DNA from: Squalus acanthias
Taxonomy: Eukaryota
Direction: 5' to 3'
DNA length: 64,000 bases
NCBI GenBank assembly: GCA_030390025.1
Contig: CM059432.1
Span: 59,212,001 to 59,276,000, forward strand
In this document: positions 49,239 through 62,794 of the stretch, piece by piece
Layout of the letters: each line of letters starts with the position of its first letter
Position numbering within the stretch: position 1 is the first letter of the stretch
The notes under the pieces: model-generated
Seen by the model: only the letters and a program-made list of their open reading frames with translations
Databases searched by the model: none
What the model was told of the DNA's origin: nothing
Program-made: the position numbers and the translations under genes

Positions 49239-50094
49239 TTGGTTTTAATCTTAAAACATTGGATGTGCCATCTTGGAGCCAATTCAATCGCAACAAACAA
49301 ACACAGAAAGTGCTGGATATTGGCATTGCTCAATTTCACCCTTTATATTCCCCAAATATTTTCAGAATTTAGAATCATCGGAAATTAATTTTTAAAAATT
49401 CCCCCCCACCATTTTCCACCACTACGCACCAGCATTAAGCGTTTATCTGCTGATTTCTGGCCTCAAGTAACAGTGAGCAGGTTACTGACAATCCTATTAT
49501 GCATTCTTTAGAAATATATCCTACTTAAGAAATATATATTTGTAACATTTTCAAATAGCATAAAATATCCAAGCACTGAATTTCCACTGCAGTGGGATTG
49601 GACCCATTGGGACACAAGGTCAGGCAGGAATTGGAAACAGCAAGTCTCTGCCCTGAATATGTCAACTGGGATTTCCCGTAGCAGCTGCGTGCAGGCGGCA
49701 TTCCATCCATCCCTTGACATTTAAAAACAAAGAGGGCCAGTGGGATGGCATCACCCACCTTCTGAGCACCCAGAAACCTGGATGCCAGAAAGTTACTGGA
49801 ATACAGTTCAATGAAGGGACGCAGGGGTCTTAGACTGGAACACTCCAGAATACTCAAGGCCGCAGCGAGTAAATCAGCCCTCTTATAAACGAGGTCAATT
49901 TCCACATTGTTTATACATCTCAGCTAGTTGCACCAGCTTCTACCCCAGCAGCTGCACCCACCCCACTGCCCTTTCTACTGAGCGGCCACAATGCGCACAA
50001 ACTGGCGTGGGTGCCTGCCCCATTTAAGAGGTGAGCCACCCTTTTCTCGGATACTTCAGTGAGGTCAAGAGCATAGGTCAGAGTGGAGCAGTCA

Positions 50095-50142
50095 GCGGCG
50101 GAGTGGGATTGCGGCGGAGTAGGATTGCGGCGGAGTGGGATT
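50095..50142 (+). repeat. 3 x 16-bp tandem repeat GCGGCGGAGTRGGATT inside a MITE relic
   Basis: Three adjacent copies; a TIR-like GGAATTTGGCCCCC follows at ~50182-50195. Confidence 0.8.
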
Positions 50143-51134
50143 GCCGCTCCACCACACGTACAGCGGCACGTACAGGAACAAGGAATTTGGCCCCCTCCCC
50201 CACTGAAGTGGTTTACTGGTGTGATATGTACCATCTCCCCACTAGTCATCACTAACATTGTCACGAACAAAATTTACCAGATCTAGGACCTAATTACTAT
50301 CAGTTGAATTAAATATCATGTCAGTAGTTTTAAAATGATCATTAATCATCAAAATATAAAACAATACATTTTGTGGTATTAAGGAATCTACTAAGGCCCT
50401 TTGCATATATCCAACCATTGATGTACACTTGTAAAAGATATAGCAGATATAAAGTCACTGATTAATAACTGTATTTCCTGACCGTGGGAATAAACTCTGA
50501 AGCAATTATCCAAATGCATGAAAATGTTACCACATTTTACTCGAGCATTATTTCTAAATATTTTTTACAATGACCCAGGAGCCAAGATTTTCCATTCATC
50601 CTCTCCCAATTTCTCAGAACTGGGACAGACAGGAGCAGGACATGGGTCATGGATTTATTCTGCTGGCCCTGTCAAAAGCGACAATTGATATACAATATGT
50701 ACACCCATATATGGCCAAACATACTACAATGAATTTCAAAAGATGCAAATACATCATCCAATGTATTTCCTGTCATTTGCAGCATAGCAACACCACGCAT
50801 CAGGGATTCTCATATGTCTCTAGCAACTGCTGTTACTATGGCAGCGGCGGAAGATATTTATAATTTAAAGCTAGTGCAGGGTGATAACTGCTGTCTTTAG
50901 CAAGATTTTCAATTATTTTTTAACATTCAACCAGCAGCACAGAGGCCACCAGCCATGCTACACTGCAGCACAGCTCTGAGGTGTGCCACACTCAATCTCT
51001 GCCAATCGTCAACCCCAGCTGGCAGACTCCCCAGTGGAAGATGTGGAGCCACCTAAATTATTCAAATAGCCCGAGGGCCAGAAATTTGGATAAGTCAGGG
51101 GTGCAACTTTGTGCCAGTTCTGCAATAGTGGCAT

Positions 51135-54100
51135 ATCTAGACTAGAGTTTGGACTATTTGGCCTAGGGTTTGGACTATTTGGCCGAGGGTTTGGAATATT
51201 TGGCCTAGGGTTTGGAATATTTGGCCTAGGGTTTCGAATATTTGGCCTAGGGTTTGGAATATTTGGCCTAGGGTTTGGAATATTTGGCCTAGGGTTTGGA
51301 CTATTTGGCCTAGGGTTTGGAATATTTGGCCTAGGGTTTGGAATATTTGGCCTAGGTTTAGAATATTTGGCCTAGGGTTTGGAATATTTGGCCTAGGTTT
51401 AGAATATTTGGCCTAGGGTTTGGAACATTTGGCCTAGGGTTTAGAATATTTGGCCTAGGGTTTGGAATATTTGGCATAGAGTTTGGAATATATATTTGGC
51501 CTAGGGTTCGGAATATTTGGCCAAGGGTTTGGAACATTTGGCCTAGGGTTTGGAACATTTGGCCTAGGGTTTGGACTATCTGGCCTAGAGTTTGGAATAT
51601 CTGGCCTAGAGTTTGGAATATTTGGCCTAGAGTTTGGAATATTTGGCCTACGGTTTGGACTATCTGGCCTAGGGTTCAGAATATTTGGCCTAGGGTTCGG
51701 GATATTTGGCCTGGGGTTCGGGATATTTGCCCTGGGGTTCGGAATATTTGGCCTTGTGTTTGGACTATCTGGCCTAGGGTTTAGAATATTTGGCCTAGGG
51801 TTCAGGATATTTGGCCTAGGGTTCGGGATATTTGGCCTGGGGTTCGGGATATTTGCCCTGGGGTTCGGAATATTTGCCCGAGGGTTTGGACTATCTGGCC
51901 TAGAGTTTGGAATATCTGGCCTAGGGTTTGGAATATTTGGCCTAGGGTTTGGAATATCTGGCCTAGGGTTTGGAATATTTGGCCTAGGGTTTAGAATATT
52001 TGGCCTAGGGTTCGGATATTTGGCCTAGGGTTCGGGATATTTGGCCTAGGGTTCGGGATATTTGGCCTAGGGTTCGGGATATTTGGCCTAGGGTTCGGGA
52101 TATTTGGCCTAGGGTTCGGGATATTTGCCCGAGGGTTCGAAATATTTGCCCGAGGGTTCGAAATATTTGGCCTAGTGTTTGGAATATTTGGCGTAGTGTT
52201 TGGACTATCTGGCCTAGGGTTCGGAATATTTGGCCTAGAGTTTGGACTATCTGGCCTAGGGTTCGGAATATTTGACCTAGGGTTCGGAATATTTGGCCTA
52301 GGGTTTGGAATATTTGGCCTGGAGTTCGGAATACTTGCCCGAGGGTTCGGAATATTTGGCCTAGGGTTTGGAATATTTGGCCTAGGGTTTGGAATATTTG
52401 CCCGAGGGTTTGGAATATTTGGCCTATGGTTTGGACTATTTGGCCTAGAGTTCGGAATATTTGGCCATGGGTTCGGAATATTTGGCCTAGGGTTCGGAAT
52501 ATTTGGCCTAGGGTTTGGAATATTTGGCCATGGGTTTGGAATATTTGGCCTAGGGTTCAGAATATTTGGCCTAGAGTTTGGAATATTTGGCCAAGAGTTT
52601 GGAATATTTGGCCTAGAGTTTGGAACATTTGGCCTAGAGTTTGGAACATTTGGCCTAGAGTTTGGAATATTTGGCCTAGGGTTCGGACTATCTGGCCTAG
52701 GGTTCGGAATATTTGGCCTAGGGTTCGGACTATCTGGCCTAGGGTTCGGAATATTTGGCCTAGGGTTCAGAATATTTGGTCTAGGGTTTGGAATATTTGG
52801 CCTAGTGTTTGGACTATCTGGCCTAGGGTTCGGAATATTTGGCCTAGGGTTTGGAATATTTGGCCTAGGGTTTGGAACATTTGGCCTAGGGTTTGGACTA
52901 TCTGGCCTAGAGTTTGGAATATCTGGCCTAGAGTTTGGAATATTTGGCCTAGAGTTTGGAATATTTGGCCTAGGGTTCAGAATATTTGGCCTAGGGTTCG
53001 GGATATTTGGCCTAGTGTTCGGAATATTTGCCCGAGGGTTCGGAATATTTGCCCGAGGGTTCGGAATATTTGCCCGAGGGTTCGGAATATTTGGCCTAGT
53101 GTTTGGACTATCTGGCCTAGGGTTTAGAATATTTGGCCTAGGGTTCGGGATATTTGGCCTAGGGTTCGGTATATTTGGCCTAGGGTTCGGGATATTTGCC
53201 CGAGGGTTCGGGATATTTGCCCGAGGGTTCGGAATATTTGCCCGAGGGTTCAGAATATTTGGCCTAGTGTTTGGACTATCTGGCCTAGGGTTTGGAATAT
53301 TTGGCCTAGGGTTTGGACTATCTGGCCTAGGGTTCGGGATATTTGCCCGAGGGTTCGAAATATTTGCCCGAGGGTTCGGAATATTTGGCCTAGTGTTTGG
53401 AATATTTGGCGTAGTGTTTAGACTATCTGGCCTAGGGTTTGGAATATTTGGCCTAGGGTTTGGACTATCTGGCCTAGGGTTTGGAATATTTGGCCTAGAG
53501 TTTGGACTATCTGGCCTAGGGTTCGGAATATTTGACCTAGGGTTCGGAATATTTGGCCTGGAGTTCGGAATACTTGCCCGAGGGTTCGGAATATTTGGCC
53601 TAGGGTTTGGAATATTTGGCCTAGGGTTTGGAATATTTGCCCGAGGGTTTGGAATATTTGGCCTATCATTTGGACTATTTGGCCTAGAGTTCGGAATATT
53701 TGGCCTGGAGTTCGGAATATTTGGCCTAGGGTTCGGAATATTTGGCCTAGGGTTTGGAATATTTGGCCTAGGGTTCGGACTATCTGGCCTAGGGTTCGGA
53801 CTATCTGGCCTAGGGTTCGGACTATCTGGCCTAGGGTTCGGACTATCTGGCCTAGGGTTCGGACTATCTGGCCTAAGGTTCAGAATATTTGGCCTAGAGT
53901 TTGGAATATTTGGCCAAGAGTTTGGAATATTTGGCCTAGGGTTCAGAATATTTGGCCTAGAGTTTGGAATATTTGGCCTAGGGTTCGGACTATCTGGCCT
54001 AGGGTTCAGAATATTTGGTCTAGGGTAGACTATCTGGCCTAGGGTTCGGAATATCTGGCCTAGTGTTCAGAATATTTGGTCTAGAGTTCAGAATATTTGG

Positions 54101-56420
54101 CCTAGGGTTTGGAATATTTGGCCTAGGGTTTGGAATATTTGGCCTAGGGTTCAGAATATTTGGTCTAGAGTTCGGAATATTTGGCTTAGGGTTTGGAATA
54201 TTTGGCCTAGGGTTCGGAATATTTGGCCTAGGGTTTGGAATATTTGACCTAGGGTTTGGAATATTTGGCCTAGTGTCCAGAATATTTGGTCTAGAGTTTG
54301 GAATATTTGGCCTAGTGTTCAGAATATTTGGTCTAGAGTTTGGAATATTTGGCCTAGGGTTCGGAATATTTGGCCTAGGGTTTGGAATATTTGGCCTCGG
54401 GTTTGGAATATTTGCCCGAGGGTTCGGAATATTTGGCCTAGGGTTTGGAATATTTGGCCTAGGGTTTGGAATATTTGGTCTAGAGTTTGGAATATTTGGC
54501 CTCGGGTTTGGAATATTTGCCCGAGGGTTCGGAATATTTGGCCTAGGGTTTGGAATATTTGGCCTAGGGTTTGGAATATTTGGTCTAGAGTTTGGAATAT
54601 TTGGCCTCGTGTTCAGAATATTTGGCCTAGGGTTTGGAATATTTGGCCTAGGGTTCAGAATATTTGGTCTAGAGTTTGGAATATTTGGCCTAGGGTTCAG
54701 AATATTTGGCCTAGGGTTTGGAATATTTGGCCTAGGGTTCGGAATATTTGCCCGAGGGTTCGGAATATTTGGCCCAGAGTTTGGAATATTTGGCCTAGGG
54801 TTCGGGATATTTGGCCTAGTGTTTGGAATATTTGCCCGAGGGTTCGGAATATTTGCCCGAGGGTTCGGAATATTTGCCCGACGGTTCGGAATATTTGGCC
54901 TAGTGTTTGGAATATTTGGTCTAGAGTTTGGAATATTTGGCCTAGGGTTCGAAAAATTTGCCCGAGTGTTCGGAATATTTGCCCGAGGGTTCAGAATATT
55001 TGGCCTAGGGTTTGGAATATTTGGCCTAGGGTTTGGAATATTTGCCCGAGGGTTCGGAATATTTGCCCGAGGGTTCGGAATATTTGGCCTAGGGTTTGGA
55101 ATATTTGGCCTGGAGATCGGAATATTTGCCCGAGGGTTTGGAATATTTGGCCTATGGTTTAGACTATTTGGCCTGGAGTTCGGAATATTTGGCCTGGAGT
55201 TCGGAATATTTGGCCTGGAGTTTGGAATATTTGGCCTGGAGTTCGGAATATTTGGCCATGGGTTCGGAATATTTGGCCTAGAGTTTGGAATGTTTGGCCT
55301 AGGGTTCGGAATATTTGGCCTAGGGTTCGGAATATTTGGCCTAGGGTTCGGAATATTTGGCCTAGGGTTCGGAATATTTGGCCTAGGGTTCGGAACATTT
55401 GGCCTAGGGTTCGGAATATTTGGACTAGGGTTCGGAATATTTGCCCGAGGGTTCGGAATATTTGGCCCAGAGTTTGGAATATTTGGCCTAGGGTTCGGGA
55501 TATTTGGCCTAGTGTTCGGAATATTTGCCCGAGGGTTCGGAATATTTGCCCGAGGGTTCGGAATATTTGCCCGACGGTTCGGAATATTTGGCCTAGAGTT
55601 TGGAATATTTGGCCTAGGGTTTGGAATATTTGTCCTAGGGTTCGAAATATTTGCCCGAGTGTTCGGAATATTTGCCCGAGGGTTCAGAATATTTGGCCTG
55701 GTGTTTGGAATATTTGGCCTAGTGTTTGGAATATTTGGCCTAGAGTTTGGAATATTTGGCCTAGAGTTTGGACTATCTGGCCTAGTGTTCGGAATATTTG
55801 GCCTAGAGTTCGGAATATTTGCCCGAGGGTTCAGAATATTTGGCCTGGTGTTTGGAATATTTGGCCTAGTGTTTGGAATATTTGGCCTAGAGTTTGGAAT
55901 ATTTGGCCTAGAGTTTGGACTATCTGGCCTAGGGTTCGGAATATTTGGCCTGGAGTTCGGAATATTTGGCCTGGAGTTCGGAATATTTGGCCTGGAGTTC
56001 GGAATATTTGGCCTAGAGTTTGGAATGTTTGGCCTAGAGTTTGGAATGTTTGGCCTAGAGTTTGGAATATTTGGCCTAGGGTTTGGAATATTTGGCCTAG
56101 AGTTTGGAATATTTGGCCTGGAGTTCAGAATATTTGGCCTAGGGTTCGGACTATCTGGCCTAGAGTTTGGAACATTTGGCCTAGAGTTTGGAATGTTTGG
56201 CCTAGAGTTTGGAATGTTTGGCCTAGAGTTTGGAATGTTTGGCCTAGAGTTTGGAATATTTGGCCTAGAGTTTGGAATATTTGGCCTAGAGTTTGGAATA
56301 TTTGGCCTAGAGTTTGGAATATTTGGCCTAGGGTTCGGAATATTTGGTCTGGAGTTCGGAATATTTGGCCTAGGGTTCGGAATATTTGGCCTAGGGTTTG
56401 GAATATTTGGCCTAGGGTTT
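51135..56420. repeat. 21-bp minisatellite/satellite array, ~250 units, consensus GGAATATTTGGCCTAGGGTTT
   Basis: Directly visible periodicity over ~5.3 kb with recurring variant units (GCCCGAGG, GGACTATCT, CTAGAG, CTAGTG, TTC/TTT). Confidence 0.99.
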
Positions 56421-56602
56421 ATAAAAGAAGAGTTTCTCCTTCAGGTCTTGTGCAAAGCAGTAATTATTGATCATCTTGTCTATTTTCCAATTACTGTACA
56501 CAAAAGCTCCATTAGCTGGTAGACAAAAGAGATACATGTGTTTTATGCAACTATATTTGAGAATAAGTCAAGTTCCATGCTCACTATAAAACCTGGGATT
56601 AT

Positions 56603-56954
56603 GGGGTGATTTTAACTCTATCCACCTGGCGTAAACCACGCAGTTGGGCAGTTAAAAACGAGCAGCTACTTACCCGCACGGAACTGGACCCTTTCCCACA
56701 ATTTCCAAATTGAACATGCAGGGTTCTACAGGCGGATGAGACGGCCACCTAAAGCAGATGGGGGCTTCATGAATTTATGCAAATCAGTGTCCTATTATAC
56801 CAACTGGTCTGCAGACAGAAGAGGCCCTCCAAGATAGTTATAAATATTTCCTTTGTGGGGAATGGAAGAGCAGAAGTGTTCCACAAGGGAAGTCACGGAT
56901 CCCCAGATTCCTCTTTTCCTTTACACGAGGACCTCCTGAAACCACTTACCTGCC
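56603..56954. mobile_element. Terminal fragment of a Harbinger-like element truncated by CR1
   Basis: Starts GGGGTGATTTTAACTC, similar to the 2098-2773 termini; ends at the CR1 junction. Confidence 0.45.
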
Positions 56955-58306
56955 CATCTGTCGTTGGAAAAATGCTGGAGTCCATTATTAAGGAAGTAGT
57001 AGCAGGACATTTAGAAAATCATAATACAGTCAAGCAGAGTCAGCATGGTTTTATGAAAGGGAAATCATGTTTGACAAATTTGCTGGAATTCTTTGAGGAT
57101 GTAACGAACAGGGTGGATAAAGAGGAACCAGTAGATGTCGTGTATTTGGATTTCCAGAAGGCATTCGATAAGGTGCCACATAGAAGGTTACTGCACAAGA
57201 TAAGAGCTCACGGGGTTGGATAGAGGATTGGCTAACTAACAGAAAAGAGAGAGTCCGGATAAATGGGACATTTTCAGGTTGGCAAACTGTAACTAGTGGG
57301 GTGCTGCAGGGATCAGTGCTGGGGCCTCAACTATTTACAATCTATATTAATGACTTGGATGAAGGGACTGATGTAATGTAGCCAAATTTGCTGATGATAC
57401 AAAGATAGGTGGGAAAGCAAATTGTGTGGAGGACGCAAAGAATCTCCAAAGGGATATAGATAGGCTAAGTGAGTGGGCAAAAATCTGGCAGATGGAGTTT
57501 AATGTGGGAAAATGCAAGGTTATCCACTTTGATAGGAAAAATAAAAAAGCAAATTATTATTTAAATGGGGAGAGATTACAAAATGCTGAGGTACAGAGGG
57601 ATCTGGGGGTCCTTGTACTTGAATCACAAAAAGTTAGCATGCAGGTACAGCAAGTAATTAGGAAGGCAAATGGAATGTTGGCCTTTATTGCAAGGGGGCT
57701 GGAGTATAAAAGCAGGGAAGTCCTGTTAAAACTGTACAGGACGTTGGTGAGACCATACCTGGAGTACAGTTTTGATCTCCTTATTTAAGGACGGATATAC
57801 TTGCATTGGAGGCAGTTCAGAGAAGGTTCACGAGGTTGATTCCGGAGATGAAGGGATTGTCTTATGAAGAAAGGTTGAGCAGGTTGGGCCTATACTCATT
57901 GGAGTTTAGAAGAATTAGAGGGGATCTTATTGAAACATATAAGATTCTGAGGGGCTTGACAGGGTAGATGCAGAGCGAATGTTTCCCCTCGTGGGGGAAT
58001 CTAGAACTAGGGGGCATAATTTCAGAATAAGGGGGCACCCTTTTAAATCGGAAATGAGGAGGAACATCTTCTCTCAGAGGGTTGTGAATCTTTGGAATTC
58101 TCTTTCCCAGAGAGCTGTGGAGGCTGGGTCATTGAATATATTTAAGGTGGAGATAGACAGATTTTTGAAAGGTAAGGGAGCCAAGGGTTATGGGGAGCAG
58201 GCAGGGAAGTGGAGTTGAGGCCAAGATCAGATCAGCCATGATCTTATTGAATGGCGGAGCAGGCTCGAGGGGCCAAACGACCTACTCCTGCCCCTACGAC
58301 TTATGT
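56955..58306 (+). mobile_element. CR1 LINE RT/3' fragment
   Basis: ORFs 56777-57223 ([27 protein letters not shown]), 57426-57788 and 57979-58218. Confidence 0.95.
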
Positions 58307-58624
58307 AAGCTGGCGAAGAAGAGAACTCTGCTCTGCATCCATGGCTGCTGACCCCATGAAGAAAGCCCTCACTACAGAGGAGCGCCAGTATCTGGATGTC
58401 TCATTATCTATTTTTTGTTTCTTGGCTACCGCTGCCACCTTCAAGAAACTTGTGCTATGTACCTCAGGCAGAATGACCAAATATGTGAAAAAAGGCCCAA
58501 GGGGTGTGGGAGTTGTACATTTGTGCTGCACTTGATAGACCCACAAAATAAGGAAAATGTGTGATGGTATTGGGAGCAATAACCAAGATTGACCCACAAA
58601 AACTTAGCAGAGAAGTAAACTTAC

Positions 58625-58830
58625 CTTTGTCTTGCTTCCAATACCAGCACACCTTTTCCTCATTTTCAGCCAAGTACCAAGGAGCTAGGTGACGGCATTG
58701 CATCTGTTGGTGACATCATTCCAGGCAGTTTGCACCTAAGTTTTTACTGAAGGGTGGCCTACAGCCCTAAATAGGGCCTCCCCCTTAGATGTGCCTCCTG
58801 TAGCACCTTCTCCAGCAACAAAGTGAGAAG
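58625..58830 (-). pseudogene. Decayed Harbinger Myb/SANT-like exon
   Basis: Reverse strand: VQTAWNDVTNRCNAVT*LLGTWLKMRKRCAGIGSKTK followed by AAG|GTAAGT; same layout as 28174-28413. Confidence 0.6.
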
Positions 58831-58846
58831 AGTTGCCTACATGCCT

Positions 58847-61800
58847 CCATAAGAATATAAGAACATAAGAATTAGAAGCAAGAGAAGGCCATATGGCCTC
58901 GCGAGCCTGTTCCGCCATTCAATAAGATCATGGCTGATCTTCGATCTCAACTCTACTTTCTCGCCCGATCCCCAAATCCCTTGATTCCTCTAGAATCCAA
59001 AAATCTATCTATCTCAGCCTTGAATATACTCAACGATTCAACATCCACATTCCTTTGGGGTAGAAAATTACACAACCCTCTGAGTGAAGAAATTCCTCCT
59101 CATCTCCGTCTTAAATGGTCGACCCCTTATCCTGAGATTATGCCCCTTAGTTCTAGACTCTCCAGCCAGGGGAAACAGCCACTCAGCATCTACCCTGTCA
59201 AACCCACTCAAATCTTACATGTTTCAATGAGATCACCTCTCATTCTTCTAAACTCGAGAGAGTATAGGCCCAATCTACTCAATTTCTTCTTATAGGACAA
59301 CCCTCTCCTCCCAGGAATTAATCTAGTGAACCTTTGTTGCACTGCCCCTAACGCAAGTATATCCTTCCTTAGATAAGGAGACCAAAACGGTACACAGTAC
59401 TCCAGGTGTGGTATCACCAAAGCCCTGTACAATTGATCCTAGACTTCCTTATTCTTGGACTCCAATCTCCTTGCAATGAAGGCCAACATGTCATTTGCCT
59501 TTCTAATTGCTTGCTGTACCTGCATGCTAACTCTGCGTTTCCTGTAAGAGGGCCCCTAAATCTCTCTGAACACCAATATTTAATAGTCTCTCACCATTTA
59601 AAAAATATTCTGTTTCTCTGTTCTTCCTGCCAAAGTGAATAACCTCACATTTCCCCACATTATACTCCATCTGCCACTTAACCTGTCTATATCCCTTTGC
59701 AGGCTCTTTGTGTCCTCTTCACAGCTTTCATTCCCACCTAGCTTTGTGTCGTCACCAATCTTGGATACATTACACTCGGTCCCTTCATCTAAGTCATTAA
59801 TATAAATTGTAAATAGTTGAGGCCCAAGCACTGATCCTTGCCGCACACCACTAGTTACAGCGTGCCAACCAGAAAATGACCGGTTTATCCCTACTCTCTG
59901 TTTTCTTTCCATTAACCAATCCTCTATCCATGCTAATATATTACCCCCAACCCCATGAGCCCTTATCTTGCGTAACAACCTTTTATGTGGGACCTTATCG
60001 AATGCCTTTTCAAAATCCAAATATAATACATCTACTGGTTCCCCTTTAGTTACATCCTGCTAGTTACATCCTCAAAAAACTCTAATAAATTTGTTAAACA
60101 CGATGTCCCGTTCATAAAACCATGTTGACTCTGCCTAATTATATTATGACTTTCTAAGTGCCCTGTTACCACTTCCTTAATAATGGATTCCAGCATTTTC
60201 CGACAACTGATGTCAGGCTCACTGGCCTGTAGTTCTCTGTTTTCTCTCTCCCTCCTTTCTTGAATAGCAGGGTTACATTTGCGACCTTCTAATCCACTGG
60301 GACCATGCTAGAATCTAGGGAATTTTGGAAGATCACAACCAATGCATTCACTATCTCTCCAGCGACCTCTTTTAGAACCCTAGGTTGTAGGCCATCAGGT
60401 CCAGATGATTTGCCGGCTTTTAGTCCCATTAGTTTCTCAACTACTTTTTCTCTGCTGATCTTAGTTAATTTTAAGTTCCTCAATCTCATTAGCCCCTTGG
60501 TTCCCCACTATTTCTGGTATGCATTTTGTGTCTTCTACTGTGAAGACATAAAAAAATATAAGGGGCCAACTCTTACATTTGCTACTCTCTTCCTTTTTAC
60601 ATACTTGTAGAAGCTCTTACAATCTGTTTTTACATTTCTTGATAATTTACTCTCATATTCTATTTTCTCCCTTTTTATAATTTTTTTGGTCATCCTATGC
60701 TGGTTTCTTAAGCTCTCCCAATCCTCAGGCTTACTACTATTCTTCACAGCATTATAAGCCTCTTTGTTTAATCTAATACTATCCTCAACTTCTTTAATTA
60801 GCCACAGATGGCTCCGTGGCATTTATATCTCAATGGAATGTATATTCATTGAGCATTTTGGAATATTTCTTTAAATGTTTGCCACTGCTTATCAACTGTC
60901 ATACCTTTTCATCTAATTTCCCAATCTACCTTAGCCAACTCACCTGTTATACCTATGTAATTGGCTTTATTTAAGTTTAAGACTCTAGTTTTGGACGTAA
61001 GTATTTTACTCTCAAACCCAATGTAAATTCTATCATATTATGATTACTCTTCCCCAGACGATCCTTTACTATGAGATTACTAATTACCCTGTCTCATTAC
61101 ACAATATAAGATCTAAAATAGCCTGTTCTCTGGTTGGTTCCATGATGTATTGTTCTAGAAAACTGTCTCAAAAGCATTCCATGAACTCGTCCTCCAGACT
61201 ACCATTGCCAACTTGACTTGCCCAGTATATATGAAGATTAAAGTCCCCCACAATTATTGCATTACCTTTGTTACAAGCTCCTATTATTTGTTGATTAATA
61301 CTCTGCCCAACGGTATAGCTACTGTTAGGGGGCCTATAAACTAATCCCACCAGTGTTTTCTGCCCCTTGTTATTTCTTATCTCCACCCATACTGAGTCTA
61401 CTTCCTGATCTTCCAAGCCAAGGTTCTTTCTCACTACTTCTCACTTATGTCATCCTTTATTATCAGGGCTACTTCCCCCCCTTTTCCATTCTGCCTGTCT
61501 TTTTGAAACATCAAGGACCCTAGAATATTTAGTTCCCAACCTTGGTCACCTTGCAACCATGTCTCTGTAATGGCTTTTATCTCTATTTGTGCCACTAATT
61601 CATCTATCTTGTTATGAATGCTTCATGCATTCAGATAAAGAGCCTTTACTTTTAATTTTTTACCATTATTCCCTGCTTTCACCTTATTCGCTGGTGCACT
61701 ATTACCGTTAAACTCTCTGTCCTTTCCTGTCACATTCTACTTATCTTTACCCAAATTATAACACTGCTCCATTGCCTTGACTTTTCTCTTTAGATTTCTA

Positions 61801-62790
61801 AATTTCCCTTCACCTGACCACCCCTCTCCAATGCGCTTTTGAGTTTAAAGCCCTATCTACAGCCCTAGTTATGTAATTCATCGGACCACTGGTCCCAGCA
61901 CGGTTTAAATGGAACCCGTCGCAATGGAACAGCTCCCTCTTTCCCCAGTACTGGTGTCAGTGCCCCGTGAATCAAAACCCCTTCCTCCCACACCACTCTT
62001 TGAGCCGCACATTTAACTCTCTGATCTGCTTGTCCCTATGCCAGTTTGCACGTGGCTCAGGTAACAAGCCAGAGATTATTACCTTTGAGGTTCTGCTTTT
62101 TAATTTGAACCCTAGCTCCTCACACTCTCTCAGCCAGAACCTCATTCCTAGTTCTGCCTATGTCCTGTTCCTACGTGGACCACGACAACTGGATCCTCCC
62201 CCTCCCACTCCAAATTCTTCTCCAGCCACGAGGAGATATCCTTAACCCAGGCAACACAACCTTCGGAACTATCGGTTGTGACTGCAGAGAACAGTATCTA
62301 TCCCTATGACTATACTGTCCCCTACCACAACTACATTCCCTTTCACTCCCCCCACTTGAATGGTCTCCTGTACCATGGTGCCATGGTCAGTTTGTGCATC
62401 CAACCTGCAGACTTTGCCCTCAACCACACAGGCAGCAAAAACCTCGTACCTGTTGGATAAGGGCAAAGACCACGGCTCCTCCAGCACGGCACCTGGGATC
62501 CTCTTAACTGCCTGAGTCGCAGTTACACTCTCCTGTCCCTGACCACTAACCAGACCTGTACCACTACCTAACTTAAGGGGTGTGACTGCCTCCTGAATCA
62601 AAGTGTCCAGGTAACTCTCCCCCTTCCTGATGTCCCGCAATGTCTGCATCTCAGACTTCAGCTCAACAACTCTGAGCTGAAGTTCCCTGAGATGCAGACA
62701 CTTACTGCAGACGTGGTCATCCAGGATCGCAATGCTCTCTACACACTCCCACATGCTGCAGTTGTGGCACACCACCTGCACTGCCATCCC
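58847..62790 (-). mobile_element. Near-full-length CR1 LINE (ZnF/leucine zipper/esterase ORF1 + disrupted ORF2)
   Basis: ORF 62269-62856 MAVQVVCHNCSMW..HVCSKCLHLRELQLRVVEL..VVVGDSIV; endonuclease 61168-61434 (VYRPP, GDFN); RT 59598-60020; tail CATAAGAATATAAGAACATAAG. Confidence 0.95.
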
Positions 62791-62794
62791 TATA

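Noticed and set aside
49525..49905. 126-aa minus-strand ORF
   Set aside because: No pyrimidine-rich acceptor, a non-ATG start and no recognisable domain.
51135..56420. CRISPR array or interstitial telomere interpretation
   Set aside because: No unique spacers, no cas genes and a eukaryotic context; CTAGGGTT occurs once per unit but there are no tandem TTAGGG runs.
51109..56522. Long ORFs (617 aa, 819 aa) of GFGIFGL repeats resembling FG-nucleoporins, and antisense PRPNIPN frames
   Set aside because: A 21-bp unit with no stop in these frames makes long ORFs inevitable. The frame breaks at several indels (~51355, ~51490, ~52015, ~54025), starts are non-ATG, and there are no flanking unique domains.
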